Assembly: GCF_009914755.1 (NCBI RefSeq)
Contig: NC_060936.1
Source: the human T2T-CHM13v2.0 reference genome, Homo sapiens
Strand: one strand, 5' to 3'
DNA length: 64,000 bases
In this document: piece by piece, positions 10,561-24,929 of the stretch
Position numbering within the stretch: position 1 is the first letter of the stretch
Layout of the letters: every line of letters begins with the position of its first letter
Program-made: the position numbers and the translations under genes
Notes under the pieces: model-generated
What the model was told of the DNA's origin: nothing
Seen by the model: only the letters and a program-made list of their open reading frames with translations
Databases searched by the model: none

Positions 10561-12464
10561 GATTAATATTTGCAAGCTCATATAATAGTATATTGTGCAG
10601 AATTTTAAATGGTGATGCAGATTTATGTTTATTACCATAGAAATATATCTGTGATATACATAAATGAAAAGAAGAAAATAGCCATCACATATAATTCTAT
10701 CAACCAGAGAATATTAGTCAACATTTAGTTATCTATCTATCATCTATCTTTCATCTATTTATTTTTATAAAATAGCATCAGATCTTTCACTTTTCTACTT
10801 AAAATATGAATATTAATTAGTTTAGTTATTTATTCAACAAATGTTTTCCCAGGTCCTGTTGTAAGCCCTCAAGATACAGTAGTGAAAAAGACCAAATTGG
10901 TCCCAGACCTTACAGTTTATGTCATCCCATTAAGACAGAAACTCAAACATCTAGTAGTTACATGTTTCTGTATCATTAGTCTTCTACAACATGATTTAAA
11001 ATGTTAAAATGTTGAATGAAGGTACAATAACATCTTAACAAATCTGTGTGTTTTTAAACAAGGGAATTTCTTTTTTAAAATATGTTGCCCTTAGTGAATA
11101 AATTCTATGATGAAAAACATTATAACCAAGCAATTACACACTTCCATGATTATATCCTCAGGACAGATCTACAGAAGGAGACTTGCTTTGCCCAAGGAAA
11201 TGTGTCTTTTGGAGGCTTTTTGCTTAATATTTCTTAATTGCCTTCAGAAAGATTCAATCAGTTATGATTCCATGGTCAGTGATATGAGTATAAATTTCCT
11301 CACAGTCTCACTAAGTTTTATTATAGTTTAAACCAACAAATTTACCAATTGGTAAGTTTTCTTAAAAGTGATTTCTCATTTTTAAAATTATGCTTACATC
11401 ACTAGTGACACTCAATTTTTCTTTTCTTATGTATTTGTAGCAGTGATTATCATATGCTGGACTAAGACTGGTAGCATTATAATAAATGGAGAGAGGTTTG
11501 CTTAAAATACATATTTCTGGAGATTCTAATTAACTGAGGTTTCTCTGATATAAGGCTAGTTTGTAGACAATCGTTTTTAATTTTAGCCTTTCTGGGGAGA
11601 TAAATCAGATAGAAAATTTTAGAAATAACAATTGTGGATAAGATAAAGCCTCTAATTCCATAAAGAGGGCTTATTCTAAATTTACTTCTCCCAAGTTACA
11701 TGGATTGAATGTCCCCAGTGGTAATCTATTGGAGGTGAATGCAAAGGATTACTTTGGACTCTGATTCCCCCAGTGGTCCTGCTTCTCCTTTCCAGTCTCT
11801 TTCCGTTTGTGCTGACCTCTCAGCCCTGCCCCCCACCTGCTGCTAGCCCGGAGAAGAAAGCCATTTCCATTGGCCTTGGCTGCCTGGGGAGATCTATATT
11901 ACTCTGGGGAAGACAAGAGCTGCCCCCATCTTGGTAAAGTGTGAAATTCGGTTTTGATTGCAAAGGGAAGCCATTTCAATGGGATTACACCGTGACCATG
12001 TAGATTAAACTCAGCCATATGGCCTAGGGACACTTCTTCCTACTGTCAGGTAACAGTGCATTGCTAATGATGTGGCAATGACATTTTCAAATGAAAAATA
12101 AAGCCACCTGGATGGGAATAAAGGAGGCAAATAAATGACAAGATGCTGGTAAGCATTAACAGAGCTCTGGACTCTGCTGGTTTTGAAGAGGGGATGTATT
12201 TGCTTAATTTATAAGTAAAAGCAGTAAGCGTGATGCTATAAAAGGACTTTTGCCTGCTTGGCATAGTGCAAAGAGATTCCTTGTTTTTATCAAAAGAGAT
12301 CCCAGTGTTGACATAATGAGATTGCTCAACCTCACTTAACCTCAGTTTCGTCACCTGTTTAGTGGGCGTAAACACATTTTGCAGGGTTGTCACAAGACAA
12401 AAACAGTTATATGAAGGTGATTTGTAAACTGCTAACTGATGTACAAGTGGAAAAAAATAGGTGG

Positions 12465-13000
12465 TTTTATCAGTCAGAGCTCTCAGTTACAAGCAACAGA
12501 AATAGACTTTGGTCAATTTAAACAAGAAAGAAAGTCACAGAAGGAGCTTTGGGTAGTTCATAAAATTACTAAAAAGGCTAATTCCAGAATCAGAACATGG
12601 ACTAGAAAATGTACGGCTGAGAAGCAGCCAAAACCATCATTAAAACCATTTCCCAGAATAGTTGGATAAGGCTGCAACCACCACTGCTTCTGATCTCTGG
12701 TTCCCACTGTTTGTACTGACGCCATCCCCAGGTCTAGACATTGGATGTACTGCTGGTGCAGATGGTGCCACAGCCTGGAAATTGGTTTGCTGTAGCCCCA
12801 GGTACTACAGGGACCAAAACAGATTATCTTCTGTCCCTGCTTCTTTGTGTCACTAGTCGTCAGGTCCACAACTATGGTGAGAGCTTCAGAATGGTTGAGC
12901 CGTAGATGCAAGGAAGGCCAGGAAAGTGAGTGGCCTTGTCTGCTTTTAAACTTTTCTCAAAATGCTTAAGAATACCCAAGGGAAGTGTACTCAGACACTG
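12465..13000. mobile_element. Ancient MaLR LTR (MLT1-late type)
   Basis: atcagtcagagctctcagttacaagcaacagaaatagactttgg start resembles old MLT1 LTR termini. Confidence 0.45.
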
Positions 13001-13035
13001 GGCAGCCAAAAATAAAACAAAACAACAAACAAGAA

Positions 13036-13249
13036 AATACAACTATCTTTTAGATCAGGAATATGCAAACTGTTTTGTAAAGGGTGACATAGTAAATATT
13101 TTCAGCTTCATGAGCAACTACTCAATTCCGCAACTGTAGTGCAACAGCAGCGAGGAACAATATGTAAATGAATGAGTGTGGCTGTCCTCCAATAAAATTT
13201 TACCTACAACAACAGGATTTGATTCCAGATTGTACTTTGCTGATCCTTG
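13036..13249 (-). mobile_element. MER58A hAT-Charlie MITE
   Basis: gcaaactgttttgtaaagggtgacatagtaaatattttcagc...gtgtggctgtcctccaataaaatttta...tttgctgatccttg matches MER58A in reverse. Confidence 0.8.
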
Positions 13250-14245
13250 CTCTAGAGTGATGATGATGGTGATAACTAGGTGAAACTTTAAAACTGTCCT
13301 TCAAGGAGTGGCTGGAAATGGATGCTGGCAGAGAGAGTAGCAATTCACTCAACTGTGCACTAGCAAGATGTTTTCTCTCATTCGGTTATGTTGCCCCTGG
13401 TAACTGTTGGTTTTGTTGTGAAAACTGTTTCCCAGTTAGGGGGTTAACAATATGTAAACTATCTGCATTTAAACATAATTTCAGTTCAGATCTGGGCATT
13501 AGTTGAGACCTCCTCTAGGTAGGGAGTGTAGCAGAACAAAGGAGGGAGAAGAAGTGCCTTCTCCTACCTTATGCCTTCCTGCATGACCACCCAGGCTCTG
13601 CTCTGAGGCTCCCAAGTGCTCCTCTTCTCAGCCCTGATGCATTATTACACCTTTTGGGGCAAGTTTCATATTTCCTTGCCATGGATGGTATCACAAGGGC
13701 ACTTCATCTACCCCAGGAATCTGGGTATTACCTTCTTCCTAAGGGCATGTCATGCCACACTGGTGAAATTCAGCAGATACTTCTTGTGGTTTCCATGTGA
13801 TGTTCCCATAGACTGGTTTAGTTGACCTGGGAAGGAGAAAGAATCAATCTAATGATGAATCATCACGTGTAAATGTTTGCTGTCAAAATGATAGAATAAC
13901 TCTTTGATGGAAAAAGACACTTTCCTTCTCTCCATCATTTATTTAACCCATAGGAATTGTGGTCCTAAAGTTTGTCATGTCTACACTGGGCAATAGGGCT
14001 AGAGGTGTATAAAATGTGGCCTCTGTCCTGGAAGACATACAATTAGTTTTGTTCCTCTTTGTAGTCAAGATTTTTTACTGGAAGCAGTCATTTATTATAT
14101 CTGTAGCTCCCAAGCATACTAAGTGTTGCAGGAAAATGAGCTTATTCATCACTAAATGAAAGAGGTCAGTCATCATATTTATCAGAAATAGGTTGATGGT
14201 GCAGAAAACCCAACCTATGATAGTAAAACCAAATTACGGATGCAC

Positions 14246-14902
14246 CCCTCCTTCTTTCCTTCCTTCCTTCCTCCCTCCCTTCCTTCCTCCCTCCCCCTCT
14301 CTGCCTCCCTTCTTTCTTTCCTTCCTTCCTTCCTTTCTTCCTTCTTTCCTTGCTTCCTTCCTTTCTCCCTCCCTCCCCCCTTCCTTCCTTCCTTCCCTTC
14401 CTTTCTTCATGCCTTTCTTTTCTTCTTTTTTCTCTTCCTTTGTTCCTTCCTTCCTTCCTCACCTTCCTTCCTCCCACTGCCTCCCTCTTTTCCTCCCTTC
14501 TTTCTTCTTTCATTCCTTTCCTCCCTCCTTCCTCTCTCTTCCTTCCTCAATCTCTCCCTCCTCTCCCTTCCTTCCTTTCTTTCTTCCTTCCATCCTTCCC
14601 CCTCCCTCTTTCCCTTCCTTCCTTCATTCCTTTCTCAGTCCCTCCTCTATCTACTTTCTGCCTCCCCTTCTCTGTTCTCTTCCTCTCTCCAGCTTCCTTC
14701 CTTCCCTCTCTCTTTCCCTCCCTTTTTCCTTCCTTCCTTCCTTCCCTCCTTCCTTCCTGCCTTTGTTCCTTTCCTGCCTGTCTTCTTTCTCTCCTTCTTT
14801 CTCTCTTCTCCTCCCTCTGTCTGTCTCTCTTATTCTTTTCCTCTCTCCTTCACTTCCTTCCACTCTTCCTCCCTCCCCTCTTTCCTTTCTTCCTTTTTCT
14901 CT
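14246..14902. repeat. Long (CCTT)n-like pyrimidine tract, ~650 bp
   Basis: Nearly pure C/T; source of the 250, 247 and 184 aa Phe/Leu/Pro/Ser pseudo-ORFs. Confidence 0.97.
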
Positions 14903-15524
14903 GAGCAAGAAGTCTGGATGTGGGAATGCACTGGGGTTACTATGATGGCTCTCAGTGCTTTCAGGGTCACAGGTGCTGACTAGCTTTCCACCCAGCCATC
15001 CTTAGTGTTTAACCTGTTGCCTTATGGTCCCAGGATGACTGCCCCATCTCCAGATAATGTCTGCTTTCTAGGCAAGAAGGGGAAGGATAAAGAGAAAAAG
15101 AGCAGGCCAGCTGAAAGCTGCTGTCTTCTAAAATGTGGCTAGAGTTTTACTTTTTAAGCCAGGAATGTCACTGCTTAAAATGCAAGGGGGATTCTGTGAG
15201 TAAGGAAGAGGGGCACAGTGGGTATGGGGTTTCGGAGCGACTTGGGCTCTGTCTACTGTAGATTTTACTCCAAGTGCCATTTTTAATGAATTTGTGGGTC
15301 CCACCCATGAGCTGGGCATTTGCTTCCAATACTTTTCATCCTCCTTAATTGTCTGAACTTTTAAGTTTTCTGAACAGTAGGGTCAGATTTCCCAACATGG
15401 TGTCATCAATTTCATTTATGGAATCCCTGAATGTTTAAAGGTAGAAGTACCTTAGAGGTCTCCTTCTTCAACCCCCTGAGCTATAGATGGTGGAAACAGA
15501 GGCTCAGAAATATTAAATGACTTA

Positions 15525-15850
<326 letters not shown>

Positions 15851-16539
15851 TCATAACTGGGAGATTCAAGATTAAAAAACATGGAGAGAATGGCAAGTAT
15901 GTTCCCTCAAAAGACCATTTTCTCAATTAGATTTGAAGATTGCAAAAATTTCAAACCATCAAGGCCAGGCAGAATCTTCTCTATCTAGTTCCTTTCATTA
16001 CTAGGATCTACATTTTAGCTGACAGCACTGGCATTGGTGTTTGAACTACATTTCCAGCCTTCCTTATTTTTTTCCATTCCTAGAACCTCTAAGGGCCTAA
16101 ATCTAGCTCTCATTAAGTGCTTCTTAGGCTCTGAAAAAAATGTTGGTTGAAAGAGCATGCCCAACTTGTTTTCCAAATCTTCATTTGTGATATTGCCACC
16201 CCCATCCCCACAATATTTTCAACCAGAAACCCAAGAGTAGTTTGTATCCTTTCTCATCTTCTTCTACCAGATCCCAGTGAGCATCAATAAATCTAAAAGA
16301 TTCTATATGATGTCTTAAAAGTCTAGAAAATGGGGAAATATTAGAATGATTTGTTGAACTATTTCCCCCAGTTAATGATTAGACCCATAAAGCTTTACAT
16401 TTAGAGATATTTTGCCTGTAAAGATGTCCTGAGGTTGGAGGAAACTTCTGAGAATGTTATTTGAAAATGTAACTGATGCACGATTTAGACATAATTTTTT
16501 CTGTTTCCAAACCTTTTATATGCCCTTTTCATTTCAGCT

Positions 16540-17130
16540 CCTGCCTTCTCAACCCCATGGCTTTTGCCTTTGTTCAGGACCTGATCATTTCTCCCTGGAC
16601 CTTCGCCTCTTAAATACTGTTCTTATTCTTGTCACTCCAATCCATCTTCCACCCTGTGGCCACTAGAGTACTTTTAAAATAATACACAGACCACACCACT
16701 GCCACCAAAGTGATCTTTTAAAACACTTCTATGGTTTCCCCCATTGCCCATGATTGCAGTTACTTTTTTCACCCCACAAATGTTCATGGAGCTCTTACAA
16801 TGTGCCAGTACTATGGTAGGCAAAGTTGATGTGATGCCGAGTATGGCAGACGTGCTGGCTACTCACCTGGAACTTCTGTTCTAATGGATGCTTGATAAGA
16901 GATTTGATGACCTAGCCTCTGTCTTCAGTCCCACCCAGATCTCCAGCCACCCTGTTGACCTTTATCCCCCAGCAATGCCAAATTGCTTGTCCTCTCTGCA
17001 CACATTCTGCTTTGTCTCATCTTGGTGTCTTTGCATATGTCCTCTTTGTTTCTCTGGTGTCTCAGTCATCACTTCCTCCAGGAGGCCTTCTTTGATCCCA
17101 CTTTACACAGATTAATCACTTTTCTCTGGA
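16540..17130 (+). mobile_element. L2 fragments
   Basis: caatccatcttccaccctgtggcc...; tcacttcctccaggaggccttctttgatccc. Confidence 0.55.
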
Positions 17131-17140
17131 ACTTTTGCAC

Positions 17141-17480
17141 AGAGTTGGCCCTCCATAGCCATGGGTTCCACATCCATGGATTCAACCAATTTCAGATTGA
17201 ACATATCCGAAAAAAAATTACATCTGTACTGAACATGGACAGATTTTTTTCTTGTCATTATTCCCTGAATGATATAACAGCTATTTATATATCATTTACC
17301 TTGTATTAAGTATTATAAGTAATCTAGAGATGATTTAAAGTAGAAGGGGGGATGTATATAGGTTATATGCAAATACTATGCCATTTTATATCAGGGATTG
17401 TAGTATATCAGCACCTGTGGACTTTGGTATTCCAGGGGTTCCTGGAACCAATCCACCACAGACACCAAGGGATGACCGTA
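17141..17480. mobile_element. MER2 (TcMar-Tigger MITE)
   Basis: gttggccctccatagccatgggttccacatccatggattcaaccaa...ttataagtaatctagagatgatttaaagt...ggaaccaatcc...gggatgaccgta. Confidence 0.85.
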
Positions 17481-18829
17481 TTCTGTTGTTACGTAGTTGC
17501 CCTCATCACAATATTCTATTTATTTGTGCATAGTCCTTCCTTTTTTATTTCCTAAAGTGAAAAAGCTTATTAAAACAAAAGAAATTTGAATTGTGTTTAG
17601 AATTCAGAAGAACTCCTGGAATCACTTTTATTAAGTAGACTCTGCTGTATCAAAAAGAGAAAGGATGAAAATTTTCATCTTGACCACCAGGAGTTACAAT
17701 GAGCATTCTGTAGCTCTGAGAACAATAGCTCTAAAGAAAAGTAGCCAGGAAACTCCATGATGCTTTATCTCACTCAGCTATAACAATTTGTGAATCCTCA
17801 TTAATTGTCTAACAATGTTTCACGAATCTTGAAAGTAACTGAAATAAAAGGGTTCATTAGTGTGTGCTTCATAATGAGAGAAACTCAATTTTCAGAACAC
17901 AAGAAGGGAACTATTCTTTTTGTTCTCTTTAGGTGTCAGGAGGTCTAGGGAACAGAAAGAACTGTCTATAGCAAAATGCAAACGGATTTGGGACTTTTTT
18001 CTCAGTCTAAAAAATCTTGGTAGCAATAAAATGGGGGTGGAGAGAGAAAAATCTAAGCAAAACCGATTCATGTGGGAAAGCAGAAACTTGTATGTCTATT
18101 CTGTTTTTTTCTCCATATGAGGGAACTTTTATGTTTTATTTTCACACTAGATTATTGGGGTTTGGGGAAAAGTACTGTGTTTAATATTCCCAATGCCTAG
18201 GGCAGAAACACAGTAGGTGCTCAATAAATGTAGATTTCAATTAAATAATTGTATAGTTAATGACTGTTTTTTGGGAAAAATTGTGTAGTATAATTGTATA
18301 GTTGATGACTGGTTTTGATGGGAAAAAAATCTAAAATCTAAGAGAGGTGACAGATATGGTAGGAAAAAAACATTGGCTATGTAAAACGACAGGTCTTAGG
18401 GTGTTGTTGAGTTTTACATTTTTGGGCATGCAGGACATAGGCCCAGCAATGGGGAATATGAGTATATGTGCACATGTACAGCACCATGCAGATGGGTCAT
18501 ATATATCCCAAGCTTTGGCCTAGCAACTCCTAGACTCTATAGCTTAAGTCCTGTTTTTTTTCTGGTAGTCTCAGCACCCCCTTCTCTTTTGTTGCCTTTG
18601 CCAGTGACATGGAACTTTATTCCTGCATTTTGTTTTCAACTTTTCTTTTCAAACAACCTCAGGGAGTCCAGGTATAAAAAAAGAGGAGGACCCTAAGAGC
18701 TGTTCTGGCCCACTGGGAGCAGGATTTTAACTTCCCTTCTTTCTGGCCCCAATTCATAACTTTTTATTTTTGTTCTTGGTGCCCCCTTCTTTATAAACCC
18801 ATTCAGCAATTTTTTTAAAAAAAATTATA

Positions 18830-19700
18830 CAAATTCAATGTGTGTGTGGATTTTGGGTGGGCTGTGGAAATTGATTTACGAGTCAACCACTTTTCTCTTT
18901 TCTTGCCATCTCCCGCTTGAGTGGTTTGTCGGCCCTGGGGCCTTTCTTTCACTCGAGGAGAATAAGGTTGTCTATGGAAGAGGTCAGCATTTCAAATTGG
19001 TGGAGTTCAACTGCACAAATGACATAGAACTGACAAGAAAAGACAGGGGGTTTGGAGGTCACAGACTGCATAGGTCTCGCTTAGGGTTTTTGCTTTGTGA
19101 TGAACCCTGTCACCAAAATGAATTAAATAACAGGCTTAAGGACTATTGAGGGAGGACTGAATGCAAATCAAAGATAAGTAGAAGTTTTCTTTCCTAAAAG
19201 GGGAATGATTTTTTTCCTTCCCTCTCCCCTTCCATATCTGTGCCGGCAAGAGCTGCATGTTAAACATGATTTCGCTGGCATTATGCTGGGCGCTTTCACT
19301 CCAGGCTGCTGCGATGGCCTATCTTGGCCTATGATTAATGACCTGCTAGGCAATTTGGAAACCATAATAACTCCACGGTTCACACACAAACTATATAGTC
19401 GCATTCCTTTTGCAGATTTGCCAAGCTGTTACCAAGGGGCCCGCAGAGGAGCCGGATTGTTGGAGAGATAGGGAGGCATTTCTGCAAATGCCATTCGGGC
19501 CTTATCTTGCTGAAAAGTGCAATGAGCGGCAGGCTCATTTAGAAAATTCAAAGCGTAGATCTTGCAGCTTCTTTATTTAAGCCCAGATTAGGGAAAACAA
19601 AACAAAACAAACAAAAATGGCTCCAAAAAAAAATGGGCTGGTAAAAATCAATCTCTCTGTATGGTCTCCAGGCTCTGAGTGATTCCAGAGACAGCACAGT
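18830..19700. promoter_or_regulatory. Candidate conserved distal enhancer of ASCL1
   Basis: Repeat-free with retained CpGs; ATGCAAAT 19161-19168, ATCAAAG 19167-19173, AGATAAG 19172-19178, TGATTAAT 19332-19339. Confidence 0.6.
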
Positions 19701-20049
19701 GGTATTCCCAAATTTTGAATTGGATTCATCAAGGTCTAATGATAGTAATGCCTCTCAAAACAAAGAGTAGATTTTTGAAAAACCTAGGCAGAGACAAAGG
19801 CTCCGCTTAAAGTTTTGCTCTTTGGAACTATTTGTGCACACACTTCTAAACAGTAAAATTGTTTATTAGAGTGGAAGGGCATTGCACTGGGAGTCACAGA
19901 GTCTGGGTCTAGTGCTGGGTCAGTCGCTGCACTGCTCTGCGACCCCGGATGCATTTCTTCTCCTCTCTGGGCTGCAGTTTTCACATCAGTTCAATGAGAA
20001 TGTTGGATTTAGAAACAATCTAGCAGGCTTTTTCTGGCTTGAATTTTCA

Positions 20050-20440
20050 TTTATGTTGCGGATATTTATTGAGCACTCACCATGTAGTTAGCACTCTTCT
20101 AGGCTCTTGAGATATTTAGAGAAGAAAGCAGACAAAGTTCCCTGTGCCCAAGGAGCTCACACTCTAGAGGGGTGAGACAATCATTGACAATAACAATAAT
20201 TTAATAAGGAAATTATATATGTTAGAGGATAATAAGCACTATGGAAAAGAAAATACTTGGACAGAATAAGGGGAAATAGGAATGGTATTAGGTGGAGGTT
20301 GGGGACAGAACAAAGTCAGAAATATGGTGGTCAGTGAGATTTGACAGTGACCTGAAGGAGATGAGGGAGTCAGCCAAGCATATATCTGACAGAGAAGCAT
20401 TCAGGCAAGGAGAACATTTCTAGAGCAAAGGCCCTAATGG
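20050..20440 (-). mobile_element. L2 LINE fragment
   Basis: atatttattgagcactcacc...gacaaagttccctgtgcccaaggagctcacactctag...gcaaaggccct. Confidence 0.7.
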
Positions 20441-20527
20441 TCTATAAGACCACTGATGCTGTCGTTTTCTGTGACTAACTGGCTCTCAGTCACTTAGCTA
20501 GCTGATGGTGACTTTATCACCCAGCCT

Positions 20528-20700
20528 TGTGGTTTTCAACCTTGGCTGCATGTTGAAAGCACACAGATAATTAGAAAAATAAAACTCCTGGGTCCTACTT
20601 CCAGAGATTCTGATTTAATTGGTGTGGGGCGTAGCCTGGGCATGGAGGGCTTTCAAAGCTCCCAGGTGTTTCTTCTATGCAGTCAAGGATGAGAAACACT
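20528..20700. mobile_element. MER5A-family hAT MITE
   Basis: gtggttttcaaccttggctgcatgttgaa...agagattctgatttaattggt...aaagctcccaggtg...tgagaaacact. Confidence 0.8.
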
Positions 20701-23116
20701 CAACCTTGGGAGCAGTGGGTCAGCTCCACCATAACATTTCTGGGAGCTGTTTGTCACTAAGAAAGCTGACCTTACAATGCACACAGTCAAGCCAAGTAAC
20801 TGTCATCAAGTTCCCAGGCATTATCTCATGAAGAACCTTCTATGCACTAGGTTCTATGCACAGTACTCATCATGCAAGATAATCCATGCCAAAATATGGA
20901 GGAGATGGACATGTGAAAAACATTTTTCACAAAGAAAAATGTTTGGTACGGAGCACCAAAACTTGTAAGATGCTAACGGCCAGTTTCTCTCACACATAAC
21001 TCATTCAAATGACACTTCCTTATGTTTGTCATATTCATGTAATATTGAATCATGCTTTTCACTTAATTTCTTACTTTACTCTTGTCCTAGTCAATAGTAC
21101 CTGTAAAATTACTTGTTTGTATGTTATATGTCACAAATTTGATATGTACTTTATATAATATATGTAATTACATATATATGTGTGTAATTGAAAAAATGAC
21201 AAATGTTTATCCGTGCACTATCTAAAATCATCTCCAGGATGACTACCAGAAGAAAGTGAGCTACATTTTTGGAAATAGAACTGAATGACATGAGGTGGTG
21301 ACAACAAAGGGAGGAAGAGAACATTTGAGGCTGAGGGACCCATGGCTTCCATCTTTATTTACATACAAAAACAGTCAATGCCAGACTAAGAGAGTCAAAG
21401 TTAGGTAGTTGAGGTAGGCTTTGTGGTTACGCAACCCATTGATCAAGTTTGTGCCATTTGGATGATTAGTGGATGGATTTTTCTTTGAAATTTCTAAACA
21501 TCAAAAATCACTTGCTTTTCACTGTATGGCCAGACTTCACTTTTCTCTCTTTGTGTCAAAGCATTGTGACTGGAAGTCAAGGTCATGCCATGTGAACTCA
21601 GGGGAATCTAAGGCATAAAGTATGCCCTAGTATGTTTAGAAAAAGCATTAAAATGATAATTTTTGGTCTGATAATTGTATCTTTCTGGAGAGCTTACCTT
21701 TGAGAGAAAAACATGTAAAAACTTTTTTTAAAAAATTAGGCTTGGCTACTGGGTGAGGCAAATTTCCAAATTTCTATGTTTTTCAGGTATATATTTGCTT
21801 TGAAAATTATTTTTTCTTTCCCTACTTATTCTAATTAGAAGGCAGCAACATATTTTTGGAATCTGTACAATACTCAATAGACACATGGTACGGGTGTCCT
21901 CTTTTCTAAAAATATTTTTATTTTTAACTTCCAAGTAATAAATAAATTAATTCCCACTGCAAACAATTTAGGCATTGTAGAGAATAGTTATAGCTTCCTA
22001 TCTTTATTCCAAAGGGAGTCATTTTCACCAGCTAGGACTGAACCTGGCTGGCCTTTTTTTTCTTTTTAAGGTATTTATGTATATGAAGCTTTGAAACTAA
22101 TTTCTGTCTGTATGTGTTTCATAGAAGTATGCATGATGTTATACTTTACATGTCATTCTGCAAAATTTTTTTCACCGAACAATATGTCTCATGTATGTAT
22201 GTCTTGTACTAGGTCAGTACAAATGAATCCACCTCATTAAAAAAATAGGTGCACAAAGTTTCAAAGTATGCATTTACATCCTAGAGATAGTCATTGTGCT
22301 ACAAAACCAATGTTGCCTGATGACTGTCCATGCAAATGCCTTCCTCTTTTATAACACCTCATCATACACCTATGAGTCTGTCTCTAGGGTAGACACTGAA
22401 AATTGAAATCGATGGATTATAGGGCAAGAGCATTATTAACTTTAATATATTCCACCAAAATATCCTCCAAAATAGCCTAACCAACTTTCACTATGTTGTA
22501 GGACCACGTGCCATTTCTTAGGTGTGTCTTTTATGTAATTCCACTGTTTGTAGGTGGTATATTCACTAAAATCTTCTCACCTATGGTAGTGGGAATGTAT
22601 TTACCCAGATCTATCCATATTCTCATTTGCAGCCCAGAGTAGTAAGAGGTGGTTGAAGACAGTATGGAATTATCTGTCCCAGGCAGGGGTGATAATCCTC
22701 ATCTTAAACTGGGCATTGACCAACTGAGCTAAACAGTGGCCCAGAGTCTTCACAACACCTTGGCACATCTATATTGCATTAATTACATGCAGGATATTAG
22801 GCTTTGGAACACACACACAAAATAATAGTGGTTAAAATAAGTTTAGAAAATTAATTGTCTCACAAAACTGTTCAAGTGTGATAAGCTCAAGGCTGCTACT
22901 GAAGATCCACAGTGGTAGGAATCCAGGACCCTTTTCTTCTTCCACTTTCCTTAGGGTCAACACCCTATTCCATCTAGTCGAAAATGGTGCACAACCACAT
23001 CCACATTCCAGCCAGGAGAAAGAGGATTACACACTCAGAAGCCACATCAAATCTGCCCATATGCAGAATTTAGATACAAGGAAATATCTATCTGCAAAGG
23101 GGTCTTGGAAATGTAA

Positions 23117-23172
23117 TATATATATTATATATGTTTTATATATATTATATATGTCATATATATTATATATGT

Positions 23173-23231
<59 letters not shown>
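23117..23231. repeat. Compound (TA)n-(CA)n-(GA)n microsatellite at the Alu tail position
   Basis: Seen directly, abutting the 3' end of the minus-strand Alu. Confidence 0.9.
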
Positions 23232-23235
<4 letters not shown>

Positions 23236-23488
23236 GGAGTCTTGCTCTGTCTCCAGGCTGAAGTACAGTGGCGTGATCTCAGCTCACTGCAGCCTCTGCC
23301 TCCCAAGTAGCTGGGACTACAGGTGCACGCCACCACCGCCGGCTAATTTTTTTAATTTTTTTTTTATTTTAGTAGAGACAGGGTTTCACCACATTGGCCA
23401 GGGTGGTCTTAATCTCCTGATCTCGTGATCCACCCGCCTCGGCCTCCCGAAGTGCTGGGATCACAGGTGTGAGCCACCGCACCCAGCC
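23232..23488 (-). mobile_element. AluS (Sc-like) with ~30 bp internal deletion
   Basis: Alu in reverse; gcctctgcctcccaagtagctggg lacks the usual gggttcaagcgattctcctgcctcagcc segment. Confidence 0.9.
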
Positions 23489-24929
23489 TATTTACTCATA
23501 TTTTTTACAGCCATGAACTCAGCCAACAATCAGGAGTTCTATTACCATGAAAAGGAAGGTAAGAGCAGATATTGGCAAACATTAGCAATCTTGCTACAAA
23601 TGTCAAAAGGACCATTATGTGGTATCTCAACAGGAAGAAGAATAACAGCAAGTTATTTGTCTAGAGTTTACATTTTACAAAGCATTTTGATATATATTAT
23701 CTCATTTTGCACTCACATAATCCTGTAAATTAGAGAAGTGGAGTGGGGAAGGATGGACTCAAGAAACAGGCAGAATTAGAAAAGTGCACTCCGAACAACC
23801 ATTGTCAGCTGCTTAATTTAATAGCCTTATTTGGTCATTAATGAACATACTTCAATTGTTTCAGTTATGTGATTCTGCAGAAGATATTATTTCTGAAAGA
23901 AGTGGAGGTCTTTCTTTTTCAGATGAAGAAGTGAAATCCGGTTGGGATAAATATGTAAAGAGGAAAGGCGGAGAATGCAGGGAGACAGGCTCTGAGGAGC
24001 CAAGCAGACAGGACCACAGGCATAAATGGCATTTGAAGGGGACACACTCGATTATATGAAATGATTTCTAAGATGCTTATGACCTTTTGTTGGGGATCTC
24101 CTCATCACTGATGGAGGACAAGTTTGGCACACATGGTTGCCGTTAAGTGTACGTCAAAGGATAGGATTTCAGCGTTTGTGTCATTTCTCAATTCAGCCTT
24201 CTTGTTAAGCTTGAGGCATCAAAGTAAGAAGAGATAAGCTCTTCCAGTTCCCGTGGACCACATACAGAAGGAATGCAGCTCAAATTTATTGACCACATAC
24301 TATGTGCTTGACACTGCTAACAGCAGTTGGATTATTTCATTTTGATCCTCTAAACAACCCTAGGAGGTGGAAATAATTCCAGTTTTGCAAATGAGGAAAT
24401 AGGCTTGAAGGAATTGTAGCCATGTGGCACAAAGCAAAGTGGCTTATAACTGTGTAAGCCTTCATACATTGAGTCCAATCAGTACTTGCTGACTACCTAT
24501 GTTCCAAGTTCTATTATCAAAGGCAAGGATGATTGTCACTAGGTGTATGTCCCTTCCTCTGGCCAGAGCAGCCTATACCTATGCTATATCACCATGTGGG
24601 TGAAGAAATTTGCAGACTCATTCATTAGTTTTGCTTTCCCATTTTCCATTTCTGAATGAAAAATCAATTTCTGAAACTCTCTCCAAGTCTTCTGAATATT
24701 TCTCTTTCTTTCTTGGATGTCCAGTATTCATTCAAGGTGAAGACCAGGTAATGAAGATTCCTGTGACTGTGAGGACATATAGCTGATATATCAGTTCAAA
24801 GAGGAAGATGAGCATGAAATCTAGACTTGCTTAGATTGATATTAAAGGCTTGTCATGGTCTGGCCTTAATCTGCCTCTCCAGACTTGTTTCCTGTGACTT
24901 CTCACAAGGAATCACATTTCAGAACTGCC

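Noticed and set aside
14166-14983. Longest ORFs in the track (250, 247, 184 aa)
   Set aside because: Translations of a stop-free C/T simple repeat; no domain or coding signature.
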